Positions 40,783-50,774 of a DNA stretch of 64,000 nucleotides are shown piece by piece (the first letter of the stretch is position 1; each line of letters starts with the position of its first letter). Source of the stretch: Candidatus Latescibacterota bacterium. GTDB taxonomy: Bacteria; Latescibacterota; UBA2968; UBA8231. The notes beneath the pieces were generated by a model, which had not been told where the DNA came from, ran no database searches, and saw only the letters and a program-made list of their open reading frames with translations. The translations under genes and the position numbers were made by a program. The stretch lies in the NCBI GenBank assembly GCA_965203175.1, contig OZ241867.1, positions 1,728,001-1,792,000 on the forward strand, written 5' to 3'.

Positions 40783-43146
40783 TTAGAAGTTCCGGTTGTA
40801 GGTTATGCTGGGCAGGATTCCGAAAAGGGATGTTTGTACGGCTTCGGTGACAAGCTTGTCGTTCTCGTTTTGCCGCACGTACACTGAGGCGGAGTTGCGT
40901 CGGTTGTACACGTTGTAGATGGTAAAGGCCCAACTGTTTTCATTGGCTGTCGTGTAGGTCAGTCCCAGATCCAGGCGGTGATAGGCTGGCAGGCGAGCCC
41001 CATGGCGGGTCTCGTACTGAGGAACAATAAAATTGGCGAATTCGTAGCGGCTGGCCGGAAAGGTGGAGGGCGTACCTGTGGCAAGGACGAGATTCGTCGA
41101 TAGCGACCAGCGGGGTTTGAGCGCGTATACCGTTGTTAGGGTCAGGTCGTGTGTCTTGTCGTTGCTGGCTGGATAGTACCTCCCGTTGTTGATGCCCGGA
41201 TCGCCGTTACCTAGTCCAGGGACTTGTCGCTCGGTGCGCGACCACGTGTACCCCAACCAACCGGTTAATTGTCCGGTGCGCTTGCGCACCATCAGCTCTA
41301 CGCCGTAGGAACGGCCCTCGCCCTTTAGTAGCTCGGTTTCCAGGTTGTTGTTGACGGTCAGGTCGGCTCCGTCGACGTAGTCGATCTGGTTGTTCATTTT
41401 CTTGTAGTAGGCTTCGATCGAGGCTTCGTACGTGTTGTCCTGGAGATTTCGGAAGTAGCCGGCGGCGATCTGGTCCGCTGCTTGCGGCTCAACAAAAGGT
41501 CCGCTGGGTCTCCAGATGTCCAATGGCTGGGACGCGGTAGTATTGGAGATGAGGTGGATATACTGCCGGATGCGATTGTAGCTCACCTTGATCGAGCTGG
41601 CCTCGGTCAAGGACCATCGTGCCGACGCTCGGGGCTCCAGACCAGCAAAGCTCTGTATGTTTTCCCTCTCCCCAAACGAGATGACGCTATCGACCACGCC
41701 CGCTTCGTACCGGCCTAGGGTCTCGTTGTAGACGATGGGTTGATTATCGCGATAGGCGGGAAGGTCTTGGGCACCCTGGCGTCTGAACGCTGAGAGACGC
41801 AACCCATATTGGAGGGAGATAGAGTTGGTGATTTGATGGTCCAGGCTGAGGTACGCGCCTGGCTCTATGGCGTTTTGTTGATCCAGTTCCGTTGGCACAA
41901 CAGAGGACACTTCCCCAATGGGTTTGATAGTGCCGGGGATAAAGCTGTAATGGATGGTACTCGCGCCGAAGTTGACCGCATTTCCTTCGCTCAGTGAGTA
42001 GGAAAAATCCGCTTTGAGCTTGTAGTTGGTTATGTGTGATAACCAATTGTGTTCCGCGCCTGCCGTGAATGTATCGCTATCGTAGCTGTACCTGCTGAAC
42101 ACTCCCGTGAAATTCGCGAAGAGTCGCCGGCTGAAGAGGTTCCAGCGGATGGTCGCTGTGGTATTCCCCCACGCGTTGCCGAAGATATCCGCTACTTTGA
42201 ACGCGTCTCTGCCGCGATAACCCGAGACAAAGAGCCGGTTGTTGTCGTTGATATTGTAGTTGCCTTTGAAGTTGACGTCGTAGAAGTGGGCGGTGCTCTT
42301 GTCACTGCTAAACGCGTTGTAGAAGATGTCGCCGTATGAACGGCGAGCGGCGATCACGTAGGATCCGCGACCATTGGCGACCGGTCCTTCAAGGAGCAGC
42401 CGCCCCGAGAGGATGCCTATTCCCACTTTGCCGCGGAACTCTTTGGCATTGCCCTCCTTTTGTCGCACGTCCAGCACTGAAGACAAGCGTCCGCCATATT
42501 GCGCTGGGATACCGCCTTTGTAGATCTTGATATCTTTGGTGATGTCGGCATTGAAAACTGAGAAGAAGCCGAAGAGATGAGCGGCGTTATAGACGATGGC
42601 TTCGTCGAGTAGGACGAGATTCTGATCTGCTGCGCCACCGCGCACGTTGAAGCCCGCAGCCCCTTCGCGTACGGTCGTCACTCCCGGCAACAGTTGTATT
42701 GTTTGTACCACGTCTGCTTCGCCCAATACAGCCGGCGTGCGCTGTACAGTCTGTATGTCCAACTCGGCTGCGCTCATTTCGATCGATTCGACATTCTCAT
42801 CGGCTTGGTGTGCGCTCACGGCGATCTGCCCCAATTCGATGACGGCTGCCCGCATTTCGATGTTGAGCACTTGATCCTGATGCGGATCTGTCGTGCGCAC
42901 GATTGATTCGTAGCCGATAAAGCTAAAGCTGATTTCATGAGCTCCTGCTGGCAGTCGCAGCGAGTAATGCCCGTAGACATTCGTCGTTGTACCCACCTGA
43001 AGGGTCGTTACAACGACGTTGACGCCCGGTAGGGCTTCGCCGTCGGCCGCATCTTTGATTTGGCCGCTAACGGTGAGTGTCTCCTGGGCTGGGCTGTTTG
43101 TGATTGTCGTGAGCAGCAGACAAGCTGTTAGGAGGGATTTGTGCAT
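40783..43146 (-). CDS. TonB-dependent receptor with N-terminal carboxypeptidase-like domain
   Basis: Signal peptide, GEALPGVNV, VRGG..DQN, YKGG.PA.YGGRLSSV, YHRLD, C-terminal Phe. Confidence 0.93.
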   Translation of the reverse strand: MHKSLLTACLLLTTITNSPAQETLTVSGQIKDAADGEALPGVNVVVTTLQVGTTTNVYGHYSLRLPAGAHEISFSFIGYESIVRTTDPHQDQVLNIEMRAAVIELGQIAVSAHQADENVESIEMSAAELDIQTVQRTPAVLGEADVVQTIQLLPGVTTVREGAAGFNVRGGAADQNLVLLDEAIVYNAAHLFGFFSVFNADITKDIKIYKGGIPAQYGGRLSSVLDVRQKEGNAKEFRGKVGIGILSGRLLLEGPVANGRGSYVIAARRSYGDIFYNAFSSDKSTAHFYDVNFKGNYNINDNNRLFVSGYRGRDAFKVADIFGNAWGNTTATIRWNLFSRRLFANFTGVFSRYSYDSDTFTAGAEHNWLSHITNYKLKADFSYSLSEGNAVNFGASTIHYSFIPGTIKPIGEVSSVVPTELDQQNAIEPGAYLSLDHQITNSISLQYGLRLSAFRRQGAQDLPAYRDNQPIVYNETLGRYEAGVVDSVISFGERENIQSFAGLEPRASARWSLTEASSIKVSYNRIRQYIHLISNTTASQPLDIWRPSGPFVEPQAADQIAAGYFRNLQDNTYEASIEAYYKKMNNQIDYVDGADLTVNNNLETELLKGEGRSYGVELMVRKRTGQLTGWLGYTWSRTERQVPGLGNGDPGINNGRYYPASNDKTHDLTLTTVYALKPRWSLSTNLVLATGTPSTFPASRYEFANFIVPQYETRHGARLPAYHRLDLGLTYTTANENSWAFTIYNVYNRRNSASVYVRQNENDKLVTEAVQTSLFGILPSITYNRNF

Positions 43147-43282
43147 AGGTTCTTTCCTGGTTAATAGCTACGTGTATGTGCGCCAAAGCCTTCTCGGTGA
43201 CCATGTATTGCACCGTGCAGTGGTCATCTGACTAGCGCACAACTAATACTACGATCCGGCTGTTAACTGAGGATTGCTGCTG

Positions 43283-43298
43283 TGTAACGAATTGTAAT
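43283..43298 (-). promoter_or_regulatory. Putative OmpR-family binding site
   Basis: TGTAAC-N4-TGTAAT direct repeat upstream of the TonB receptor; same motif at 45561. Confidence 0.55.
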
Positions 43299-43495
43299 AA
43301 GATGTGAACGGTGTGAGCGGTGCGGACGCACGAGTATTTCGTGCCCAGGCAGTCTCTGTCTTGCCTCAAGCGAGGATGGTAGAGGGATGCTGTTACGAGA
43401 AGCTATTTGGGGGCGCGTAGATGCGCCCTCATTATCTCTACTGCTAGTCAGTCTTTGTGTTCGTCGTTTTGGGCGAACCCTTAGTAGTCACGGAT

Positions 43496-44800
43496 TCAGG
43501 GAAATGTGAGCAGGACGCATGTTCCTTTGTTCGGTTGGCTCGTAATATCGATCTGTCCTCCGTGTGCCTCCATGATTTTCTTGCATACGCTCATGCCCAA
43601 GCCATAGCCACCAGTTTGTTTGGAGCGAGATTTATCCACGCGATAGAAGGGCTCGAAGATGTAGGGGAGATCGTCTTTGGGGATGCCTGATCCGTAGTCT
43701 TGCACCTTGACAAGGATCTTCCCTTGCTCCCGGGCACAGGTGACTTCGATGGGATCTTTCGCATTGGAATGTCTGGTGGCATTCGAGAGGAGATTGTTGA
43801 GGACCGTTGTTACTCTTGTTGGGTCGACGCTCACTATGAGGTCTTCAGGTGAGCATTGGAGGACGACACCAGGTTTTTGATCTTGGTAATTCTTGCACGT
43901 ATCCATTAGGAGATCAAGAATATTGATCGGTTCGGGTTGGAGCCCTCCATAGGAGCTGTTTAGGCGCTCAGTTTCGAGGATTTCCGTCACCATTGCTTCC
44001 ATATGCTTGATGTTTCTGTGGAGGGTTTGCTTGGTCTTGTCGTGCTTGAGAAACTCCAGAGCTACTAGCATGCGCGTTAGCGGTGAGCGTAACTCGTGAC
44101 TCACGTCGAGCAGCAACTGGTCGCGTGCCTGGAGTGACTCACGGATTTGCCGGGTCATATGGTTGAACGAGAGTGCGAGCTGGCCAAGCTCGTCGACGCT
44201 ATTGGTCTTGATCTCAAAGTCGAGGTTGCCTTCCCCAATTGCTCTTACGCCCTCATGTAGTGCTTTTATGGGTTTGAGTTGGTTGCGAAGTATGAGGTAG
44301 ATGGCGAAGAAGGAGAATATGACGAGTCCAAGTGAGATGAAATCATAGAATTCATCTTGAGGTAGATGGCCGGCTTTGAGGAGATTAAGCTGATAGTGGC
44401 CATGGTCTGATTGCAGATCTACGAATATGCCTTCGCTTTCGCTTTCTTCGCTGATCATGATCCTGACTCGATCATCCTCCTCATAGGGGATCATGGCCTC
44501 TCTCTTCTTCACCTGCATGTCGGGGTCACTTTGCCAAATGACGCCGTTGCTTTCATACCTAATGTCTACTTGTAGGCTGTCTGCTGTTTGCTGTAGTCGA
44601 TGCGGATCGGGTTGTGGTCCAAGGTCGGCTACAATGCCTTGTGCGTGCCTCACCATGAGGCCTGATAGGGCCGGTAGAATGCTGCTTCGTAGTTCACGGT
44701 CTTCAAGCCAGAGGAGGAGGGTTGTCGTGATTGCGACGGCGAGGAGGAACAGTAGGGAGATCCTCAGAAAGAGCGACCGCTTGATATCGAAGAGTCTCAT
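43496..44800 (-). CDS. HAMP-domain sensor histidine kinase (CpxA/EnvZ-like)
   Basis: Two TM segments, DELGQLA HAMP, SHELRSPL H-box, NLLSNA, D.GSG, GYGLG. Confidence 0.95.
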   Translation of the reverse strand: MRLFDIKRSLFLRISLLFLLAVAITTTLLLWLEDRELRSSILPALSGLMVRHAQGIVADLGPQPDPHRLQQTADSLQVDIRYESNGVIWQSDPDMQVKKREAMIPYEEDDRVRIMISEESESEGIFVDLQSDHGHYQLNLLKAGHLPQDEFYDFISLGLVIFSFFAIYLILRNQLKPIKALHEGVRAIGEGNLDFEIKTNSVDELGQLALSFNHMTRQIRESLQARDQLLLDVSHELRSPLTRMLVALEFLKHDKTKQTLHRNIKHMEAMVTEILETERLNSSYGGLQPEPINILDLLMDTCKNYQDQKPGVVLQCSPEDLIVSVDPTRVTTVLNNLLSNATRHSNAKDPIEVTCAREQGKILVKVQDYGSGIPKDDLPYIFEPFYRVDKSRSKQTGGYGLGMSVCKKIMEAHGGQIDITSQPNKGTCVLLTFP

Positions 44801-45492
44801 ACTGCCTCTGTGGCGCCGAGGAACATGTATCCTGCACCGCGAATCGTTCGTATGTAGCGAGGGTTTTTCGGGTCGTCTTTTAGCTTGTTGCGTATTCTGG
44901 ATATGAGGACATCAACTGAGCGGTCGAAGGCCTCCCAGTCTACTCCTCGAATACTCTGCATGATATAGTCTCGACTGAGGACTCTTCCCTGGCTTTGGAC
45001 GAGCAGAGCCAGCATTTCGAATTCTGTTGTTGTGAGATTCAAGACGACGCCATCGAGTGTGGCGGTGTATTTCTCCAAGCTAATTTTGAGACTGCCGACG
45101 TGGAGAAGGTCTTTCTTGGCCGGCTTGTGCCCTCGTCTGAGGACTGCTTGTATTCTCGCGACCAGTTCTCTTGCTTCAAATGGCTTGGGTAGGTAGTCGT
45201 CTGCTCCGAGTTCGAGTCCGACGACACGATCTGTGATGTCCCCACGGGCCGTGAGCATAATAATGGGCAGCGTATTTGTTTCTCGGATGGTTTTGCACAC
45301 CTTGAATCCATCCAATTCTGGTAACATGACATCGAGAATGACCAGGTCGAAGTCGCTTGTTCCAAGAAGCTCAAGACCCTTAGACGGGCTGTGCACAGCG
45401 GTTGTCTGGTAGCCGAAGTCTCCCAAGTAGGTCTCTAAGAGGTCGGTGAGTTCTTGGTCATCATCGATGATTAGTATTGAATCCATTACCAT
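44797..45492 (-). CDS. OmpR-family response regulator
   Basis: IIDDD, LDVMLP, LTA, KPF, winged helix RSVDV..IRTIRGAGY. Confidence 0.96.
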   Translation of the reverse strand: MVMDSILIIDDDQELTDLLETYLGDFGYQTTAVHSPSKGLELLGTSDFDLVILDVMLPELDGFKVCKTIRETNTLPIIMLTARGDITDRVVGLELGADDYLPKPFEARELVARIQAVLRRGHKPAKKDLLHVGSLKISLEKYTATLDGVVLNLTTTEFEMLALLVQSQGRVLSRDYIMQSIRGVDWEAFDRSVDVLISRIRNKLKDDPKNPRYIRTIRGAGYMFLGATEAV

Positions 45493-45560
45493 GCGTCCTA
45501 TGAGTCCTTTCTTCTGTAAGGAGAAGAAAACCTTGCAGTGTAAATGGATATTTTCTGCTT

Positions 45561-45576
45561 TGTAACAGATTGTAAC
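45561..45576 (-). promoter_or_regulatory. Putative OmpR-family autoregulatory site
   Basis: TGTAAC-N4-TGTAAC direct repeat ~70 bp upstream of the regulator start. Confidence 0.55.
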
Positions 45577-45686
45577 CGTGGAGGGGTGTGTTACGGTAGG
45601 GTGGGGTTCGGTCCAGGTACATGGTTTACAGTTTCTCCCATCTTGGGAGCAGCTCTCAGGAGGTGCTCTCTATGCCCTGGAACGAA

Positions 45687-45785
45687 GGCACCTTGCTCGA
45701 CGGCAATCCGGTCGAGGTTGGTCGTGGGGTCGCCCATCGCGCTGTGCATGGCGACCGATGCGACATATGTTTTTGTGTTGTCCAT
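45687..45785 (-). pseudogene. Duplicated 5' fragment of the nitrilase gene at 37681..38580
   Basis: 45701..45765 matches 38478..38542 at 64/65 nt; encodes VASVAMHSAMGDPT.NLDRIA, then two short deletions. Confidence 0.9.
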
Positions 45786-45817
45786 AGGATCGCTCCAAGA
45801 TTGATAAGGAAAGGCAT

Positions 45818-47311
45818 ATGCTGACACAAATCGATTATGGCGTAATTGCGGTCTACGCGGCATTGATGACCTGGATCGGGATTCTGGCCAAGCGGAAGTC
45901 CAGCAATGTGGACCAGTATTTCGCGGCCGGCCACGGGTTGCCTTGGTGGATGGCGGCCATCTCCCACCACGTGTCGGGGTACAGCGCGGTCGTGTTTGTG
46001 GGTTTTGCCGGTCGTGCAGCGGTCACGGGCTTCAGCATGTGGACCCTGTTTTCGCTTGGGGTGTTCGTGGCGCTGGTGCTCGGATGCCTCATCTGGGCGC
46101 CGAGATGGTCCCGGTTGAAAGTGCTGACCCCGGTGGAATACCTGGAAGCGCGCTACGGCAATTCCGTGCGGGGTCTGATAGCGGTTTCCGGCATTCTCAT
46201 CAAGTTCATCGACCTCGGCATCAAGCTGTTCGCGATCTCCATCGTCGTCCACGTGGTTACCGGCTGGGAGGTGGTGCCCATCATCGTTGTTTCGGGTCTG
46301 ATCACCATCGCCTACGTATTCGTTGGCGGGCTGTGGGCGACCGTACTGACGGACTTAGTGCAGTTTGTGGTACAGCTCGTCATGAGTCTGGCCGTGCTGT
46401 TCATCGCCCTCGATATGGTGGGAGGCTGGAACGCGATGTGGGACAGCTTGCCACCGGAGCGGGCCGGCTTCTTCAACCGGGAGGAGGGGATCAGCGTCAG
46501 CTTCTGGCTGGTCTACGTCGTCGTTATCATCCTCAGCTACAACGGAGGCACCTGGGGACTGGCGCAGCGATTCGTATCGGTGGAAAAGCCGAGGGATGCC
46601 CAGAAGGCGGCGAGCCTGTCGGCGATTCTCTACTTGTTGTATCCCATCGTCATCTTCGTCCCCGCGTGGGCCGCGCCGCTGCTGATGCCCGAGCACTTCG
46701 ATCCGGTCACACTGCAACCCATCGCCGGCTTCGATCTGGATCAGACATATATCCTTGTAACGCAGAAAATACTGTCGACTCTGGCACCGGGGCTGATTGG
46801 ACTGCTGGTATGCTCCATGTTTGCCGCGACCATGTCCATGATCGACAGCGATATCAACGCCCTTGCCGCGGTGTTCACCAAGGATTTCTACCAGCGCAAC
46901 TTCAAGCGCGAGATCGACGACAGGGCGTTGTTCAGGGCGGGAATGATCACGACGGCGATTTTCGGTATCGCGGTTCTGATAACCGCCATTGTGATCTCCC
47001 AGAGTCAGGGCATGAACAAGGTGTTTTCTCTGACCGTAAAACTGTTCGGCGGCCTCCTGTCGCCCATCGCGATCCCATTGATGCTCGGGATGATATGGAA
47101 ACGCCCGACTGCGCGGGGCGCAATCCTGTCGTTTATCGGCGGCGTGATCACCTATTTCATTATGATTCAGTACACCGACAGGTTTGAGATTTACACCGGG
47201 GTGGAAATCCTCGTTGCGCTGGCCATCTACTTTGGCGAGGGGTATATCGGCAAACGCAGCCTTGAAAAGGAGGCGGAGGTAACGGCGTTGTTCGATAAGA
47301 TCCGGGCCTGA
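45818..47311 (+). CDS. Sodium:solute symporter (SSS) family transporter
   Basis: Many hydrophobic helices; YFAAG..LPWW, EYLE.RYG, GGLWATV.TD.VQ, QRF, AATMS..DS. Confidence 0.93.
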   Translation: MLTQIDYGVIAVYAALMTWIGILAKRKSSNVDQYFAAGHGLPWWMAAISHHVSGYSAVVFVGFAGRAAVTGFSMWTLFSLGVFVALVLGCLIWAPRWSRLKVLTPVEYLEARYGNSVRGLIAVSGILIKFIDLGIKLFAISIVVHVVTGWEVVPIIVVSGLITIAYVFVGGLWATVLTDLVQFVVQLVMSLAVLFIALDMVGGWNAMWDSLPPERAGFFNREEGISVSFWLVYVVVIILSYNGGTWGLAQRFVSVEKPRDAQKAASLSAILYLLYPIVIFVPAWAAPLLMPEHFDPVTLQPIAGFDLDQTYILVTQKILSTLAPGLIGLLVCSMFAATMSMIDSDINALAAVFTKDFYQRNFKREIDDRALFRAGMITTAIFGIAVLITAIVISQSQGMNKVFSLTVKLFGGLLSPIAIPLMLGMIWKRPTARGAILSFIGGVITYFIMIQYTDRFEIYTGVEILVALAIYFGEGYIGKRSLEKEAEVTALFDKIRA

Positions 47312-47377
47312 AACATCGGCATCTAGCGAACGAAACCCGCCGTTGACATTCGAAGATGACCGCTCGGTCCGGTCCGT

Positions 47378-48637
47378 TCAACACAGGTAGTCGACGCAGG
47401 TGGCGGCGTGGACCTTCAGCACCTGCCCGAACTCCGACTCGCGGATCTGCTCGTCGGGAACGGCGATGTTCTCCAGGTCCGTGCCGTAGATCGCCGCAGG
47501 GATGCCCCGGCGCCACCAGAAGCGGGTATCCGTGGAGCCGTAGCTGACGTTGGCCTCGATCTCACGCCCCGTGATCCGTCGCGCGTTGGTGGCCACGGCC
47601 TGCACGATCTCCTCGTCGGGGGCCGAATAGGCCGACTCCAGACACACCACCCACTCCACGTCGATCTCCCCGCGGTCGAGGCCCGTGCCGGCCAGCACCT
47701 CCTCCACCTTCTCCTGCAGATCCTGTGTGGACACGCCGACCGGCGTACGCAGGTCGATCTCCATGCGGCAGGCCGTGGGGATCGTGTTGCTCTGCACGCC
47801 GCCCTGGATCACGCCCACGTTGACCGTGGTCGAGTCCGCCACCCAGCCCTTGCCCGCCAGCCCGCCGTCGCGCACCTCCCGGTCCCGGCCCCGGGCGACG
47901 GCCGCGGCCACCTCGGGCGGGGTCTCGAGACGCCAGCCCTTCAGCGTCAACAGGGCCGCGGCCACGGTCATGGCCCGGGCGATGGCGTCGTCCTCCACGG
48001 GCACCGCCGCCAGCCCGCCGCCGTGGCGGGTCTCGACGACCAGCGTGTACTTGCCCTTGTGGCCGATCAGCACCTGGTCCATCCTCGTGGGCTCGCTGTT
48101 CAGGCAGGCGTCGCCGCGGGTCATGGGCACGTGCTCCAGCAGCCAGTCCGAGCCCCAGAACCCACCTGTCTCTTCGTCGCCCACCAAGGTCAGCGTCAAC
48201 TGCCCGCGGATCGGGACGTCGAGCTCGTGGAGCAGCACCAACGACAGCAGGGAGGCCACCGATCCGGCCTTCATGTCACCGACGCCGCGGCCGAGGATGC
48301 GGCCGTCCCGGCACTCACCGGAGTAGGGATCAAAGGACCAGGCCTCTGGGTCGCCGGCCGGGAACTGGTCCAGGTGGCCGTTGAGGACGAGGTTGCGGCC
48401 GGCCTGGCGGCCCTCGATCCAGGAGACCAGGCTCTGCACCGTCGGCTGCGGCTCGTACACGTCGGCCGGCAGCCCCTTCGACTTCAGGTAGCGGGTTAGG
48501 TAGGCGACACAGGCGCTGGTGTCGCCGGGCGGGTTATCGGTGGGGATGGCGACGACGTCCCGCAGCACGCCTTGGAACTCCGGCAGTCTGCGGTCGACCT
48601 CGGCGAACAGGCGTTGCTTCAGGTCTTCTGTGGTCAT
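47378..48637 (-). CDS. M20-family (ArgE/DapE-like) metallo-amidohydrolase
   Basis: LNGHLD, GRGVGDMKAG, GDEETG, EPT, G.TD.R; the usual C-terminal His reads IAVPDE. Confidence 0.88.
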   Translation of the reverse strand: MTTEDLKQRLFAEVDRRLPEFQGVLRDVVAIPTDNPPGDTSACVAYLTRYLKSKGLPADVYEPQPTVQSLVSWIEGRQAGRNLVLNGHLDQFPAGDPEAWSFDPYSGECRDGRILGRGVGDMKAGSVASLLSLVLLHELDVPIRGQLTLTLVGDEETGGFWGSDWLLEHVPMTRGDACLNSEPTRMDQVLIGHKGKYTLVVETRHGGGLAAVPVEDDAIARAMTVAAALLTLKGWRLETPPEVAAAVARGRDREVRDGGLAGKGWVADSTTVNVGVIQGGVQSNTIPTACRMEIDLRTPVGVSTQDLQEKVEEVLAGTGLDRGEIDVEWVVCLESAYSAPDEEIVQAVATNARRITGREIEANVSYGSTDTRFWWRRGIPAAIYGTDLENIAVPDEQIRESEFGQVLKVHAATCVDYLC

Positions 48638-48651
48638 GCAAGCCACTCCGG

Positions 48652-48713
48652 TGGTGTCTGGGCAACGAGATGGATAGAAATTATAAAGGGCCTTTGAGGG
48701 GAGCTGGTCAAGC
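48652..48713 (-). repeat. Promoter/oriIS-like direct repeat, copy A
   Basis: Matches 54201..54261 with 1 mismatch and 1 indel; minus strand reads TTGACC-N20-TATAAT-TTCTATCC. Confidence 0.85.
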
Positions 48714-48820
48714 GGTGGGCCGTCTTGCCCCTCCCTACTTGTTCACAGTCGCCGCCCTGATTTATCTTCTCGCCAGAGCCAGAAGACGGTGACGCCCCCC
48801 GCAATGGAGAGGAGTTTGCG

Positions 48821-49696
48821 GTGAAGTTGAAAATTGCCACTTGCCAGTTTCCCGTCAGCCGGGACCTAGAACGCAATTTCAAATACGTCGTGCGCCAGAT
48901 GAAATACGCCAGTGAGCAAGGTGCTCATCTGGCGCATTTTTCCGAGACCTGTCTGGGGGGATACGTCGGAGTCGATCTCCCTTCCTTCGACCACTACGAC
49001 TGGGATCTGCTGCGCCAGTGCACTGAGGCGATCGCGGACTTGTCCCGCAAGTTGAAGCTGTGGGTCATTCTTGGCTCCAATCATCGCCTCACGGGCAGAC
49101 ACAAGCCGCACAACAGTCTCTACGTCATCAATGATCGCGGCTCTGTGGTGGACCGCTACGACAAGATGTTCTGCACCGGGAAGGTCGGCTCAACGCCGGG
49201 CGATCTGGATTTCTACAGCCCAGGGTCGCGCTTGGTTACATTCGAAGTAAGAGGAATTAAATGCGGTCTGCAGATATGTCACGACTTTCGCTACCAAGAG
49301 TTGTACAGAGAATATAAAAAGCTCGGCGTCCAACTCGTCTTGCACTCCTATCACAATGGGGGCATGACCTCGAGAATGAAGGAGAAATACAGGAACATTT
49401 GGGGAATAATGGTTGCAGCGACCATGCAGACCTATGCGGCCAACAACTATATGTGGATCAGCGTCAACAACACTACGAGACGCGAAAGCAGCGGTTCCAG
49501 CTTTGTCGTCCGGCCCGACGGTCTGATCGACGGCCGATTGCCACTGCACCGGCCCGGGGTCTTAATATCGACCATCGACCCCAGAGAGAAATTTTACGAT
49601 GCGTCGGAGGCGTGGCGCGAACGGGCCATGCAAGGGGTCTACCACAGTGGAATCCTAGTGCAAGACAGGCGCTCGACGGACCGAACTAGCTTTTAA
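48821..49696 (+). CDS. Carbon-nitrogen hydrolase (nitrilase superfamily)
   Basis: HFSE, RYDK, QICHDFRY.E. Confidence 0.9.
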   Translation: MKLKIATCQFPVSRDLERNFKYVVRQMKYASEQGAHLAHFSETCLGGYVGVDLPSFDHYDWDLLRQCTEAIADLSRKLKLWVILGSNHRLTGRHKPHNSLYVINDRGSVVDRYDKMFCTGKVGSTPGDLDFYSPGSRLVTFEVRGIKCGLQICHDFRYQELYREYKKLGVQLVLHSYHNGGMTSRMKEKYRNIWGIMVAATMQTYAANNYMWISVNNTTRRESSGSSFVVRPDGLIDGRLPLHRPGVLISTIDPREKFYDASEAWRERAMQGVYHSGILVQDRRSTDRTSF

Positions 49697-49718
49697 GTAT
49701 ATTGAAGGGAGAACCTCC

Positions 49719-50774
49719 ATGCTGATCGTCGATTCCCATCTCGATATCGCGTACAACGCGCTCGACTGGGACCGGGACTTGCTCCAGCCCATCGCCAAAA
49801 TACGCGAGGCCGAAGCCGGAATGGGGCAAAAGGGCCGCGGCCTGAACGTAGTGAATTTCGCCGAACTGCGGCGCGGCGGGATCGGCCTCTTCTTCGTCAC
49901 GGTGCACTGCCGGCTCGCTTCGCAGGGAAGGCGCTTTGCCGGGGTGCGCACCCAGGACATCGCCTACGCCAAGTGCAAGGGCGAGTTGGCCTACTACCGC
50001 CTGATGGAGGCCAAGGGCGTCCTGCGCCAGATACGCGATCGCACCGAACTCGACGCCCATCTGGCCGAGTGGGACGACGATCCGCAGGCGACCCCGCTGG
50101 GGTTTGTCCTCAGCATGGAAGGGGCAGACGGCATCGTGGCACCCGAACAGGTGGCCGAGTGGTGGGATGAAGGCCTGCGGGTCGTGAGTTTGTGTCACTA
50201 CGGAGTCAGCGCCTACGCCCACGGAACGCAGGCTCCCGGCGGCCTGACGGCCAGAGGCCGCCCCATGCTCGAAGCGTTGGAGGCGGCCGGGGTAATCCTC
50301 GATGTGAGCCACTTGGCCGAGCAGGCATTCTGGGAAGCCCTGGAGATTTTCACCGGTCCCGTGCTGGCTACTCACAACTGCTGCCGGGCCCTGTGCGACC
50401 ACGACCGCCAGCTCGACGATCAACAGATCAAAGCGCTGGCACAGCGCGGCGGCGTCATTGGCACAGCCATGGACATCTGGATGATCTCCCCCTTGTGGGA
50501 CCGGGCCGCCATGGACAACACCGGCATCACGCTGGAGACCGCGGTAGACCACATCGACCACGTCTGCCAGCTAACCGGGAGCTGCCGCCACGCCGCCATC
50601 GGCACCGACTTGGACGGCGGCTACGGCAAGGAGCAGTGCCCCTCCGATCTCGACACCATTGCCGACCTGCGGAAGATTCCCGCCATCCTCGAAAAACGCG
50701 GTTACTCGCAGACCGACATTGCCGACATCATGCACGGCAACTGGGTCCGCTTGCTGCGCGCGGCGTGGAGATGA
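49719..50774 (+). CDS. M19-family (renal-type) dipeptidase
   Basis: DSHLD, SMEG, DVSH, THN, R, GTDLDG, GNW.R. Confidence 0.9.
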   Translation: MLIVDSHLDIAYNALDWDRDLLQPIAKIREAEAGMGQKGRGLNVVNFAELRRGGIGLFFVTVHCRLASQGRRFAGVRTQDIAYAKCKGELAYYRLMEAKGVLRQIRDRTELDAHLAEWDDDPQATPLGFVLSMEGADGIVAPEQVAEWWDEGLRVVSLCHYGVSAYAHGTQAPGGLTARGRPMLEALEAAGVILDVSHLAEQAFWEALEIFTGPVLATHNCCRALCDHDRQLDDQQIKALAQRGGVIGTAMDIWMISPLWDRAAMDNTGITLETAVDHIDHVCQLTGSCRHAAIGTDLDGGYGKEQCPSDLDTIADLRKIPAILEKRGYSQTDIADIMHGNWVRLLRAAWR

